Shown here: piece by piece, positions 34,671 to 43,216 of the stretch | Numbering within the stretch: position 1 is the stretch's first letter | Layout of the letters: the number at the start of each line of letters is the position of its first letter | Assembly (NCBI GenBank): GCA_964437735.1 | Contig: CAYTID010000004.1 | Coordinates: 1,442-65,441, forward strand | DNA: 64,000 nt | Direction: 5' to 3' | Source: an uncultured Ignavibacteriaceae bacterium | GTDB taxonomy: Bacteria; Bacteroidota; Ignavibacteria; UBA10030; BY39 | The notes under the pieces: generated by a model | Seen by the model: the letters and a program-made list of their open reading frames with translations, nothing else | What the model was told of the DNA's origin: nothing | Database searches by the model: none | Position numbers and translations under genes: made by a program

Positions 34671-34889
34671 ATGATGGATACAAAACAAAGGATAATGTTT
34701 CTTTTTATTATTACGATAATAATTTTAGGATTTTCATGCGACGAAGCGCTGCCCCCTTACGAAAATCCGGCGAATGTTTTTGAAGCAAAAATCAGCGGAA
34801 TATATCATATTAGTCCGTTCGAAAATGTCGTAAAAGTTTTTATCACACTATCAAATAAGTACGATGAAACCTTCGAGGGGGAAAGCTAA
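34671..34889 (+). CDS. Hypothetical small lipoprotein
   Basis: Signal peptide plus lipobox (ILGFSC), directly downstream of the TonB receptor. Confidence 0.35.
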   Translation: MMDTKQRIMFLFIITIIILGFSCDEALPPYENPANVFEAKISGIYHISPFENVVKVFITLSNKYDETFEGES

Positions 34890-35259
34890 CTTCAGGGGCA
34901 AGGTGGAAATTATGTATGAAAAAGATCCCATACATAAAAAAACCGCAATTCTCGACTCCTCTTCTCTTGTTTGGGGCAGATATAATCCCGGAACCGGAAT
35001 GCTGATTATCGATCCAAACGATTCTGTTAGTTTTATTTATAACTGGAACTTAATAGATGATAACGGTTTTAATTTGAAAAATCTTTTTAATTACAACCCT
35101 GATCCTGCTTGCAGTCTCAGATTTATTGCCGCACCGGAAATATTTGTTCTTTCCGGTGAAATGAAAATTTTTGAAAGAACCAACACCGCCGTAGCCGAGA
35201 AAAGGCAATTTCAATTCAGACATATTCGGGAATATGTTTCACCGAGAGATTGTCCTTAG
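34864..35259 (+). CDS. Hypothetical protein. It may be the continuation of the preceding ORF through a frameshift; the real start could be the internal Met at ~34910.
   Basis: The ORF overlaps the preceding gene by 26 nt in a different frame, at a G-rich tract. No domain is recognisable. Confidence 0.3.
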   Translation: MKPSRGKANFRGKVEIMYEKDPIHKKTAILDSSSLVWGRYNPGTGMLIIDPNDSVSFIYNWNLIDDNGFNLKNLFNYNPDPACSLRFIAAPEIFVLSGEMKIFERTNTAVAEKRQFQFRHIREYVSPRDCP

Positions 35260-35289
35260 TCAGGTGACCGAAGATTCTTAATTAATAGA

Positions 35290-36462
35290 TTAAGCTCCGC
35301 CGATTTTAATAGAATCGTCACCATATTTTTTTCTTAACTTATCGACGGCACGCACCAAGTCTCCATGCTTATCTTTTATTGGAAACAACTCCAACTCATC
35401 TTGTGTTTCGTCTACAAAACCCGATAAGCCGACTCCCAGCAACCTCACCGGTATTTTCGGGTCTTGTGATTTTTGTAATAACTCTTTTGCCGCACGAAAA
35501 ATTACCGGATCATAATTAGCAGGATTGATTGTTTGACGCCGCGTTATCGTTTCAAATTTTGAAGAACGAAGCTTCAATGTAACGGTCTTTGCTTTCAGGT
35601 TCCTTGAACGGAGAGTTGAGCATACGCTTTCTACCATCTCGAAAAGTATTTTCTCCAGTTCAGTCCTGTCAGAAATGTCGTTTGCGAATGTTTCTTCCTT
35701 GCTGATGCTTTTGGCAACATGGTCATCCGTAACGTGAACCGAGCCCTGCCCAAGAGATGCACGATGAAGCCATTCACCGTGAGCGCCAAGCAAATCTATC
35801 ATCCTATTTACGGAAACAGACTGTATGTCGGACACCGTGTGATAACCTTTAAGGGTAAGCACCTCTTCGGTTTTTGGTCCGATCCCGGGAAGAACCTGTA
35901 TCGGAAGCCGAGCAAGAAATTGTTTTTCAGTTCCGTGAGGAACAAAAATTATTCCGGCGGGTTTTACCGTATTTGCCGCTATCTTTGCTACAAGTTTATT
36001 TGACGCCAAGGCAATTGTACAGGGGAGGTTGAAGTCTGTTTTAATTATTTCCTGAATCTTTTTCATAAACCCTGGTAAATTGTGACTGTATAATTTTTCA
36101 CAGCCGGTAAAATCCAAATACATTTCATCTATGGAAGCTCTCTCGACTATCGGTGCAATTTCCAGCATTCTTGAATAAATTTTCTTAGAATAAATCGAAT
36201 AATCTTTATGATTTCCACCGACAATGAGTAAATTAGGACACAAACGCAAAGCCTGAGCTGTCGGCATCGCTGATCTGACTCCAAATTTTCTTGCCTCATA
36301 AGATGCGGAGGCAACTACACCTCGACCGGTTGGACTTCCTCCAACAACGACGGGTTTTCCATTTAGAGAAGGGTTTTTAATACGTTCAACAGAAACAAAA
36401 AAACAGTCTAAATCAATATGTGCGATATATTTTTTTAACATTAAATAATTGTTAATGTACAC
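35290..36462 (-). CDS. dinB: DNA polymerase IV (Y-family translesion polymerase)
   Basis: IAHIDLDCFFVSVE catalytic motif and SIDEMYLD, characteristic of Y-family polymerases; 390 aa. Confidence 0.92.
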   Translation of the reverse strand: MYINNYLMLKKYIAHIDLDCFFVSVERIKNPSLNGKPVVVGGSPTGRGVVASASYEARKFGVRSAMPTAQALRLCPNLLIVGGNHKDYSIYSKKIYSRMLEIAPIVERASIDEMYLDFTGCEKLYSHNLPGFMKKIQEIIKTDFNLPCTIALASNKLVAKIAANTVKPAGIIFVPHGTEKQFLARLPIQVLPGIGPKTEEVLTLKGYHTVSDIQSVSVNRMIDLLGAHGEWLHRASLGQGSVHVTDDHVAKSISKEETFANDISDRTELEKILFEMVESVCSTLRSRNLKAKTVTLKLRSSKFETITRRQTINPANYDPVIFRAAKELLQKSQDPKIPVRLLGVGLSGFVDETQDELELFPIKDKHGDLVRAVDKLRKKYGDDSIKIGGA

Positions 36463-36970
36463 TTAAAAATAAGGATTTTTATAACAAGAATCATCAAGCA
36501 AAAATATCATTTACGACTTGTTCATTCTTTTGAGAATCTTTGTTTGCAATTTGTTAAATCTATCCATAGCTTTATGTAGACAAGGATGAGGTGTATATGA
36601 TGGAATTTTTATTCAAAAAACTGCTCCCGATATTGAAATTTTTTTACTGGTTCCCCTGGCAGCGTTGTTGGTCACGCTTGGGATTGGGACATTATTTCGG
36701 TGGTTAAAGACAAAACCATGGAAAAAAAAGGAAATAATTGATCAGGTTCCCGCCGATAATTTTTCTCCTAATAATCAAAATTAAATTATATTTATATCTT
36801 TGTGTCAAACTACAGTTCCAACAAAATAGAGTATTGCAACGATGGTCTTTACTGCTGGACAAATTTTCACTGGAACTATAGAGGTACGCGCACCTGTAAA
36901 CAAACTTAAGCGCGCCATTATCAGCAAAACTAAAATACTTAAATTAAAATAAGAATTCGAGATGTAAGCA

Positions 36971-37432
36971 ATGAAGTTTGTTGCCGACACGATGTTAGAA
37001 AAACTTGCCCGATGGTTGCGTATTATCGGTTGTGATGTAATATTTGATTCATCTAAGAGCGTTGAAGATTTAATCGATATTGCTAATCGAGAAAACCGGG
37101 TATTTTTGTCAAGGCGCAAGTCTTTTCCTGTGGAAAAAAAACCGGAGGCGCTGTTCGATTTGTGTGAAGGGGGTTTTGCTGAACAGTTTAAAAAAGTTAT
37201 AGTTCATTTTGACATCGATTATATGACGAAATTATTCTCAAGATGCACCGAGTGTAACGCCGAAGTTGTCCTTACAGATAAAAATCAAGTCAGGAATATC
37301 GTTCCTGAAATGTCGTGGCGGGGTTTCAATGAATTCTTTCAGTGTCCAAAATGCAAGAAAGTTTATTGGAGGGGGGCACATTTAGATAACACAATTAATA
37401 AACTGAAAAAAATTTTAGGGAGTGAATTGTGA
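36971..37432 (+). CDS. Mut7-C RNase-domain (DUF82, PIN-like) protein with a C-terminal zinc ribbon
   Basis: N-terminal FVADTMLEKLARWLRIIGCDV, typical of the Mut7-C family. C-terminal CxxC…CxxC (CTECNAEV … CPKCKK). Confidence 0.6.
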   Translation: MKFVADTMLEKLARWLRIIGCDVIFDSSKSVEDLIDIANRENRVFLSRRKSFPVEKKPEALFDLCEGGFAEQFKKVIVHFDIDYMTKLFSRCTECNAEVVLTDKNQVRNIVPEMSWRGFNEFFQCPKCKKVYWRGAHLDNTINKLKKILGSEL

Positions 37433-37567
37433 GGTGTGAATTGAAGTATTTCCATGCGGGGAGGAATTTGGATTGAAATAGCTTTAAAACTTCGTTATAT
37501 TACAGAAAAAAAATTATAGTGACATCGAAAATAAATTAATAACTATTCACAAATTTAAGGTTTCGCT

Positions 37568-38050
37568 ATGGAACTAAAAATAGTAAAAATCGACAAGCCG
37601 CCTGATATGAATTTTATATTAGGACAATCGCACTTTATTAAGACTGTGGAAGATTTATATGAGGTTGTTGTTTCAATAAATCCCGGTATGAAATTCGGGC
37701 TTGCATTTTGCGAAGCTTCCGGCCCGGCGCTTGTAAGATATATCGGCAACGATCAAAGCTTGATTGAGATTGCTCAAAAAAACGCTTTGAATTTATCTGT
37801 CGGACACAGCTTTATATTGTTTATGGAAAATGGATTCCCGATAAACATATTAAACGCATTGAAAATGGTTCCGGAAGTTTGCTCGATTTTTTGTGCAACG
37901 TCAAATCCGGTTGAGGTAATAATTACCGAAACAGAGCAGGGGCGCGGCATACTTGGGGTAATTGACGGGATCAAAACTAAAGGCATTGAATCGGATGACG
38001 ACATTAAGCACAGGAAAGATTTTTTGAGAAAGATTGGATATAAACTTTAA
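37568..38050 (+). CDS. Conserved hypothetical protein of 160 aa, possibly of the 'adenosine-specific kinase' family; this is not verified
   Basis: Small soluble protein. The family assignment comes only from size and general similarity recalled from memory, which is weak. Confidence 0.3.
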   Translation: MELKIVKIDKPPDMNFILGQSHFIKTVEDLYEVVVSINPGMKFGLAFCEASGPALVRYIGNDQSLIEIAQKNALNLSVGHSFILFMENGFPINILNALKMVPEVCSIFCATSNPVEVIITETEQGRGILGVIDGIKTKGIESDDDIKHRKDFLRKIGYKL

Positions 38051-38095
38051 TTTTGTAATGCGGTAATGAATAGAATAACAATAGAGAAATAATAC

Positions 38096-39751
38096 ATGGA
38101 ACCAAAAACTGAAAAACACTCACCAACAGGTAAAAAAATTACATGTAAAGGCTGGATTCAAGAAGCGGCACTGAGGATGTTAATGAATAATTTAGACCCG
38201 AATGTCGCAGAAAATCCTGAACAATTAATTGTATATGGTGGAACGGGCAAAGCTGCCCGCAACTGGGATGCTTACAATAAAATTGTTGAAAGCTTAAGAA
38301 ATTTGGAAAATGATGAAACTTTATTAGTACAATCAGGAAAACCTGTTGCAATTTTCCGAACGCATACCGATGCACCGCGAGTAATAATTTCTAATTCTAT
38401 GCTGGTTCCTCACTGGGCAACATGGGATGAGTTTCGTCGTCTGGAAAACCTGGGATTGACAATGTACGGTCAGATGACTGCCGGAAGTTGGATATACATC
38501 GGTTCGCAAGGAATCTTACAAGGAACATACGAAACTTTCGCAGCTTGTGCTGATAAATATTTTAACGGAAGTGTATCGGGAAAATTCATTCTCACCGCCG
38601 GACTTGGGGGAATGGGCGGAGCTCAGCCATTGGCAGCGACAATGAACGGAGCCGCGATACTTGCAATTGAAGTTGATCCTGTCAGGATCGAGAAACGTCT
38701 CAAAACAGGATATCTTCACAAATCGACAGACAATCTTGATGAAGCCTTGAAACTCATCATTACCGCAAAAAGCAATAACGAAGCCTTAAGCGTCGGTTTG
38801 CTGGGAAATGCCGCCGAAGTTCTGCCCGAGCTGATCAAGCGCTGTATTGTTCCGGACATACTGACGGATCAGACCTCTGCTCACGATACTCTTAATGGTT
38901 ATGTGCCTGCCGGAATACCATACAATGAAGCAATGGCATTGAGGCAGAGCGATCCGGAAAAATATATAGCAATGACGCGCGCATCAATAGTTGAGCATGT
39001 TCAGGCGATGCTGGAACTGCAAAAACGGGGCGCAGTGACGTTCGACTACGGGAACAATATCCGGGGCGAGGCTTTCGCGAATGGAGTTGCAAACGCTTTT
39101 GACATCCCGGGGTTTGTTCCTGAATATATCCGTCCGTTATTCTGCGAAGGGAAGGGTCCTTTCAGATGGGCAGCTCTATCAGGAGACCCTGAAGATATTT
39201 ATAAAACCGATGAAGCGGTCATCAATACTTTTCCGGAAAACAAAGCGCTTATTCGATGGATCAAGAAAGCTCAAAAGGAAATTCAATTCCAGGGATTACC
39301 GGCAAGAATTTGTTGGCTCGGTTATGGTGAACGGGCACAAATGGGAAAGATATTTAATGACCTTGTGAGAAAAGGAAAAGTAAAAGCTCCTATTGTCATC
39401 GGAAGAGATCATCTTGATTGCGGCTCAGTTGCTTCTCCTAACAGGGAAACTGAAAAAATGAAAGATGGAAGCGACGCGATTGCAGACTGGCCTATATTGA
39501 ATGCTCTCATTAATGCGGTTGGCGGCGCCAGTTGGGTAAGTATTCATCACGGCGGCGGAGTTGGAATTGGTTATTCTATTCATGCCGGAATGGTGATTGT
39601 CGCGGATGGGTCAAAAGAGGCTGAAAAACGGCTGGAAAGAGTGCTAACCTATGATCCTGGAATGGGTATTGTTCGTCATGCTGATGCTGGTTATGAAGAA
39701 GCTATAGCTAACGCTAAGAAAAATAACATAAAAATTCCTATGCTAAAGTAA
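38096..39751 (+). CDS. hutU: Urocanate hydratase
   Basis: 551 aa with the hallmark urocanase blocks [22 protein letters not shown] and the NAD-binding region. Confidence 0.93.
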   Translation: MEPKTEKHSPTGKKITCKGWIQEAALRMLMNNLDPNVAENPEQLIVYGGTGKAARNWDAYNKIVESLRNLENDETLLVQSGKPVAIFRTHTDAPRVIISNSMLVPHWATWDEFRRLENLGLTMYGQMTAGSWIYIGSQGILQGTYETFAACADKYFNGSVSGKFILTAGLGGMGGAQPLAATMNGAAILAIEVDPVRIEKRLKTGYLHKSTDNLDEALKLIITAKSNNEALSVGLLGNAAEVLPELIKRCIVPDILTDQTSAHDTLNGYVPAGIPYNEAMALRQSDPEKYIAMTRASIVEHVQAMLELQKRGAVTFDYGNNIRGEAFANGVANAFDIPGFVPEYIRPLFCEGKGPFRWAALSGDPEDIYKTDEAVINTFPENKALIRWIKKAQKEIQFQGLPARICWLGYGERAQMGKIFNDLVRKGKVKAPIVIGRDHLDCGSVASPNRETEKMKDGSDAIADWPILNALINAVGGASWVSIHHGGGVGIGYSIHAGMVIVADGSKEAEKRLERVLTYDPGMGIVRHADAGYEEAIANAKKNNIKIPMLK

Positions 39752-39891
39752 TAAAAACTTGAATATTTGAAAAATATACATTATAATTAAACAAATTAAT
39801 AAAAAGAGGTTTTTGTGCTCAAGCCAAAAATAGCACACTTAACTCCATTTATTTTGGAATTGGAAAGTGGTGAATATTCTCGAATAAGAAA

Positions 39892-41058
39892 ATGCAACTT
39901 TTTTTATCACAAAAAGAACGTTTAATTCTGGGTAGCAACGGAGGTTATCCGAATTCAGTTATTGAGGTCGATGCCGACGGGAGTCAAAAAAAGGACGACA
40001 TCAATGAAAAATTTACCAGACCTTGGATTAAGCATCATTTTCTAACTCAACTGTTGGATGAAACCGGATCATCGGAAGCGATTGAAGCGCGTGACAAAAA
40101 TTTAATTGACATTCTGAAAACAACCATTCCGTTAACTGAAAATTCATATATCGAAACACAATTAACGTGTTGGAAACAATTTCTTGATAACTCATTCGCC
40201 ACCAGAGAAACTCAATGGTATGCGGGACTGCGGAAAATTTTTATCAAAGAAAATTTCCACACTGCCGTTGAGCAATTTGAGATAGATATCCCCTCATCCC
40301 ATAATCAAACTAATTTTTTATTTTTAGATGAGACACGCCTACTTAGGCGGTTGCCGAGAATTCCGATTAAATTATTTTTTTCTATATCTCCTAAATACTT
40401 AATTGATCTGTTCGAAACTCTTAAGTTATCTGTTGTTCAAAACCCACACAACCGAGAAATTGAACAACTTATGTATTTGTTTTACAAGGGCTTTGATAAT
40501 ATTTTTCACCTGATGGAGTACGCCCGCCAGATAAACCGATACGAATATGTCGAGTGGATATATTGGGCAGAGAACAATACAAAAACTTTGGGAGATATCA
40601 AGCGGTCGGAGAACGATTATAATTCAGCTTTTTTTTGTTACGATACTGCCAACCTTTCGCCGTCGGAATTTAAAGAGATTGCAGAATGGTATATGGCTGA
40701 AAATGAATTTAAGCTGGCGTTTCATTTCTACTATAAAGCGAAGGCATTCCAAATTGCACAGGATATACTCCAAAATATTGGCGTGAAAGAATACGGGGCT
40801 CTTGTTGCTTTACGTCAGCTTGCCGGTCCGGCCAACGGCGAACCTACCGATGCAAATATCAAAACACTTTATGAACAGGAATTAGAAGCGCTACAGGGTT
40901 TTAACAGAATACTTTCAAATGAGTCGTACCAAAAAATTGCTTCCGTCCCTACAATAAAATTTGACAGAGAAACAGTTGAAAATAAATATGCCTTTGGAGA
41001 GTTAACCGACGAGGAATACATGAGGCTTATCGCACAACTGCGGGACAGGAGGCAATAG
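39892..41058 (+). CDS. Hypothetical α-helical protein, first gene of the two-gene cassette of unknown function
   Basis: 388 aa with no recognisable catalytic motif. The C-terminal half is helical and Trp/Tyr-rich, resembling a TPR fold. It lies 14 bp upstream of the next ORF. Confidence 0.5.
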   Translation: MQLFLSQKERLILGSNGGYPNSVIEVDADGSQKKDDINEKFTRPWIKHHFLTQLLDETGSSEAIEARDKNLIDILKTTIPLTENSYIETQLTCWKQFLDNSFATRETQWYAGLRKIFIKENFHTAVEQFEIDIPSSHNQTNFLFLDETRLLRRLPRIPIKLFFSISPKYLIDLFETLKLSVVQNPHNREIEQLMYLFYKGFDNIFHLMEYARQINRYEYVEWIYWAENNTKTLGDIKRSENDYNSAFFCYDTANLSPSEFKEIAEWYMAENEFKLAFHFYYKAKAFQIAQDILQNIGVKEYGALVALRQLAGPANGEPTDANIKTLYEQELEALQGFNRILSNESYQKIASVPTIKFDRETVENKYAFGELTDEEYMRLIAQLRDRRQ

Positions 41059-41071
41059 AAAAGGATAATTC

Positions 41072-42367
41072 ATGGGACAAGATATTTCAATAAAAGTCGG
41101 AGTTGAAAGGTGTCTGGATTGCGGACATAAATGGATTGATTATTCCAATTCAAGGGAATGTTGTTATATGTGTGGGCGGAAAAATTACTCTGATACGCTT
41201 TCACTCGAGAACATAAAAAAAGCAATATCTTCACTGCGGAGCGAAAAAAATTACATTGATAAAAACACCAAGCGGGTTGCTGTACTTAAGCAAAGGTATC
41301 GCGAGACGGCAGATTTATACATGGCGCGCGCTAAAGATATTTACGGAAAAATACAACCCCTCTACGAAAAAGGAGATGTATCCGACCGGATGGTTGATCA
41401 ACTGATAATGTGTTTTCGGTTATTCTCAGAAGTCGGATTGAATAAATCTGCGGCAAGTTGTGCGTATATGATTGCAACAGCCTACACTAACCGGGGAGTA
41501 GAAAAAGAAGTACAATCTATTGATGATCTTGCCGATTTAATTGTAGCCCGACAATGGTTTTTACGTTTAGAAGCGAAGGAGTGGGAAGGGGCAATAAACC
41601 TTCATATCGGCGAGAAGGCAATGGCGACAATTGGAACAGATCCTGTTTTGCTTCAGACTATGATGCAAATTGGACTGTGGCATTTTTACCGGGCAAGAAA
41701 TTATTATTACGATAGAAATATGCCGCAACTTGTTGAAAGAATACAGTTTGATATTGATCAAACCACTAAACTTCTTTCTTCATATACGCGTGGTTTATCG
41801 GAAATTGAGGCAGCAAAAATTTCCGCGGCCGGAAATGAAAACCAGGGAAACGAAATCAGGAAAGGTTTGGAAGCTCTGGGGGTTTCAATAAATTTTGGAT
41901 TAGAATCGTTCGGCGAACAAATCGAGAGATTTGGAGGAAGTTTAAACCGGGCTTTAAAAGGAACTGCCGGATTAATTAGCGCGAGCATGAGTTATTCGGC
42001 TTATGCGTTGAGTTCCGCCACAGGAAGACCGAACAAAATTCTTAAAGACGGTATTATTGATATTGGAAAAATGATTAATACAAGTGTCCACGCCCTCCCT
42101 GAAGCATATTCAAAACCGGTTAACGATCTTGGAAATAAAGTAGCAAAAAGCACCGCAAACAAAGGTATCATCCGAAAAGTAATCTCTGACGAAAAATTTC
42201 AGCAATTACGCAATATGGTAATGCCCGAAACGGAAGATGCTTTGAAAAGTCTAATTGAACTCGAACAGCCATCCGAAAAGACTCCGGATAGTTTAATGGA
42301 TACTCTTGTAACCGAGGGGATGGATTCAGTTCTTGAACAAATTAAACACCGCAGACCACATAATTAA
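41072..42367 (+). CDS. Hypothetical protein with an N-terminal C4 zinc ribbon, second gene of the cassette
   Basis: CLDCGHK…CCYMCGRK at residues 13–35, followed by a helical, TPR-like middle and a Gly/Ser/Ala-rich C-terminal region. No known domain recognised. Confidence 0.5.
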   Translation: MGQDISIKVGVERCLDCGHKWIDYSNSRECCYMCGRKNYSDTLSLENIKKAISSLRSEKNYIDKNTKRVAVLKQRYRETADLYMARAKDIYGKIQPLYEKGDVSDRMVDQLIMCFRLFSEVGLNKSAASCAYMIATAYTNRGVEKEVQSIDDLADLIVARQWFLRLEAKEWEGAINLHIGEKAMATIGTDPVLLQTMMQIGLWHFYRARNYYYDRNMPQLVERIQFDIDQTTKLLSSYTRGLSEIEAAKISAAGNENQGNEIRKGLEALGVSINFGLESFGEQIERFGGSLNRALKGTAGLISASMSYSAYALSSATGRPNKILKDGIIDIGKMINTSVHALPEAYSKPVNDLGNKVAKSTANKGIIRKVISDEKFQQLRNMVMPETEDALKSLIELEQPSEKTPDSLMDTLVTEGMDSVLEQIKHRRPHN

Positions 42368-42388
42368 CCCGACAGAAAGGATTGTGTA

Positions 42389-42742
42389 ATGAATAAAATA
42401 GGACATGTTGAATTTCCGTCAACGGATTTTAAATCTACAAAAAAATTTTTTGGAAAATTATTTGGTTGGAAATTCCAAATAGTGAAAAATTGGGATTACA
42501 TGCTTTACTATGCTCCAAAACCTCCTCACGGAGGATTCTATTTGATAAAAAAAATGCCCAAAGCCCAAACGGTTATTCCCTACATAGAAGTAAAAAACAT
42601 AGAAAAAAAATTAGAAGAAATAATAAAGCTTAAAGGGAAAATAATCGTTAAGAAATCACCGATAGGCAAGTGGGGATGGTGGGCAAAGTTTGCAACACCG
42701 GACGGCTGCCATGTTGCCTTATGGGAAAACGTTAAAAAATAG
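42389..42742 (+). CDS. Small VOC/glyoxalase-like protein
   Basis: 117 aa with HVEFPSTDF…FGW…GCHVALWE blocks. Confidence 0.45.
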   Translation: MNKIGHVEFPSTDFKSTKKFFGKLFGWKFQIVKNWDYMLYYAPKPPHGGFYLIKKMPKAQTVIPYIEVKNIEKKLEEIIKLKGKIIVKKSPIGKWGWWAKFATPDGCHVALWENVKK

Positions 42743-42843
42743 ATATTAATTCTTTAAGTATAATCAACTGAAAATTTATTTCCGACATTGATATTCATTG
42801 TTGTGTTTTGTATATTCAATTGAATGATTGCTCAATTGATATT

Positions 42844-43212
42844 ATGAAAAATAGCCATTTTAAATTTGTGCCGGTTTGTAAAATTGGAATAGTGCACGTA
42901 GACAGGGTTAAATCAGCCCATAAGTTAATCAGTAATGAAAGAAATACTTCCTCCGCATCGGATATATTTAAAATTCTCGGCGACCCTACCCGATTAAAAA
43001 TTGTTATCGCTTTGAAAAAAGAAGAACTGTGCGTCTGTGATATTGCAGCCATGCTGAACCTTACCGAATCCGCAATATCGCATCAACTGAGATTCCTGAA
43101 AAATTTTCGAATAGTTAGGCATCGTCGCGAAGGGAAAATGGTATACTATTCTTTGGACGATAAACATATTGAGGATCTGGTTAAGGCTGTTTTGAAACAC
43201 GTTAAGGAATAA
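42844..43212 (+). CDS. ArsR/SmtB (CadC-type) metalloregulatory transcriptional repressor
   Basis: Winged HTH with the metal-binding ELCVCDIAAMLNLTESAISHQLRFLK motif. The ORF is open from 42808; the start was chosen to give a typical ~122-aa protein. Confidence 0.8.
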   Translation: MKNSHFKFVPVCKIGIVHVDRVKSAHKLISNERNTSSASDIFKILGDPTRLKIVIALKKEELCVCDIAAMLNLTESAISHQLRFLKNFRIVRHRREGKMVYYSLDDKHIEDLVKAVLKHVKE

Positions 43213-43216
43213 GCCG

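Noticed and set aside
36805-37119. 104-aa minus-strand ORF overlapping the Mut7-C gene start
   Set aside because: It overlaps a better-supported plus-strand gene, has no RBS, and its sequence is hydrophobic and low-complexity.
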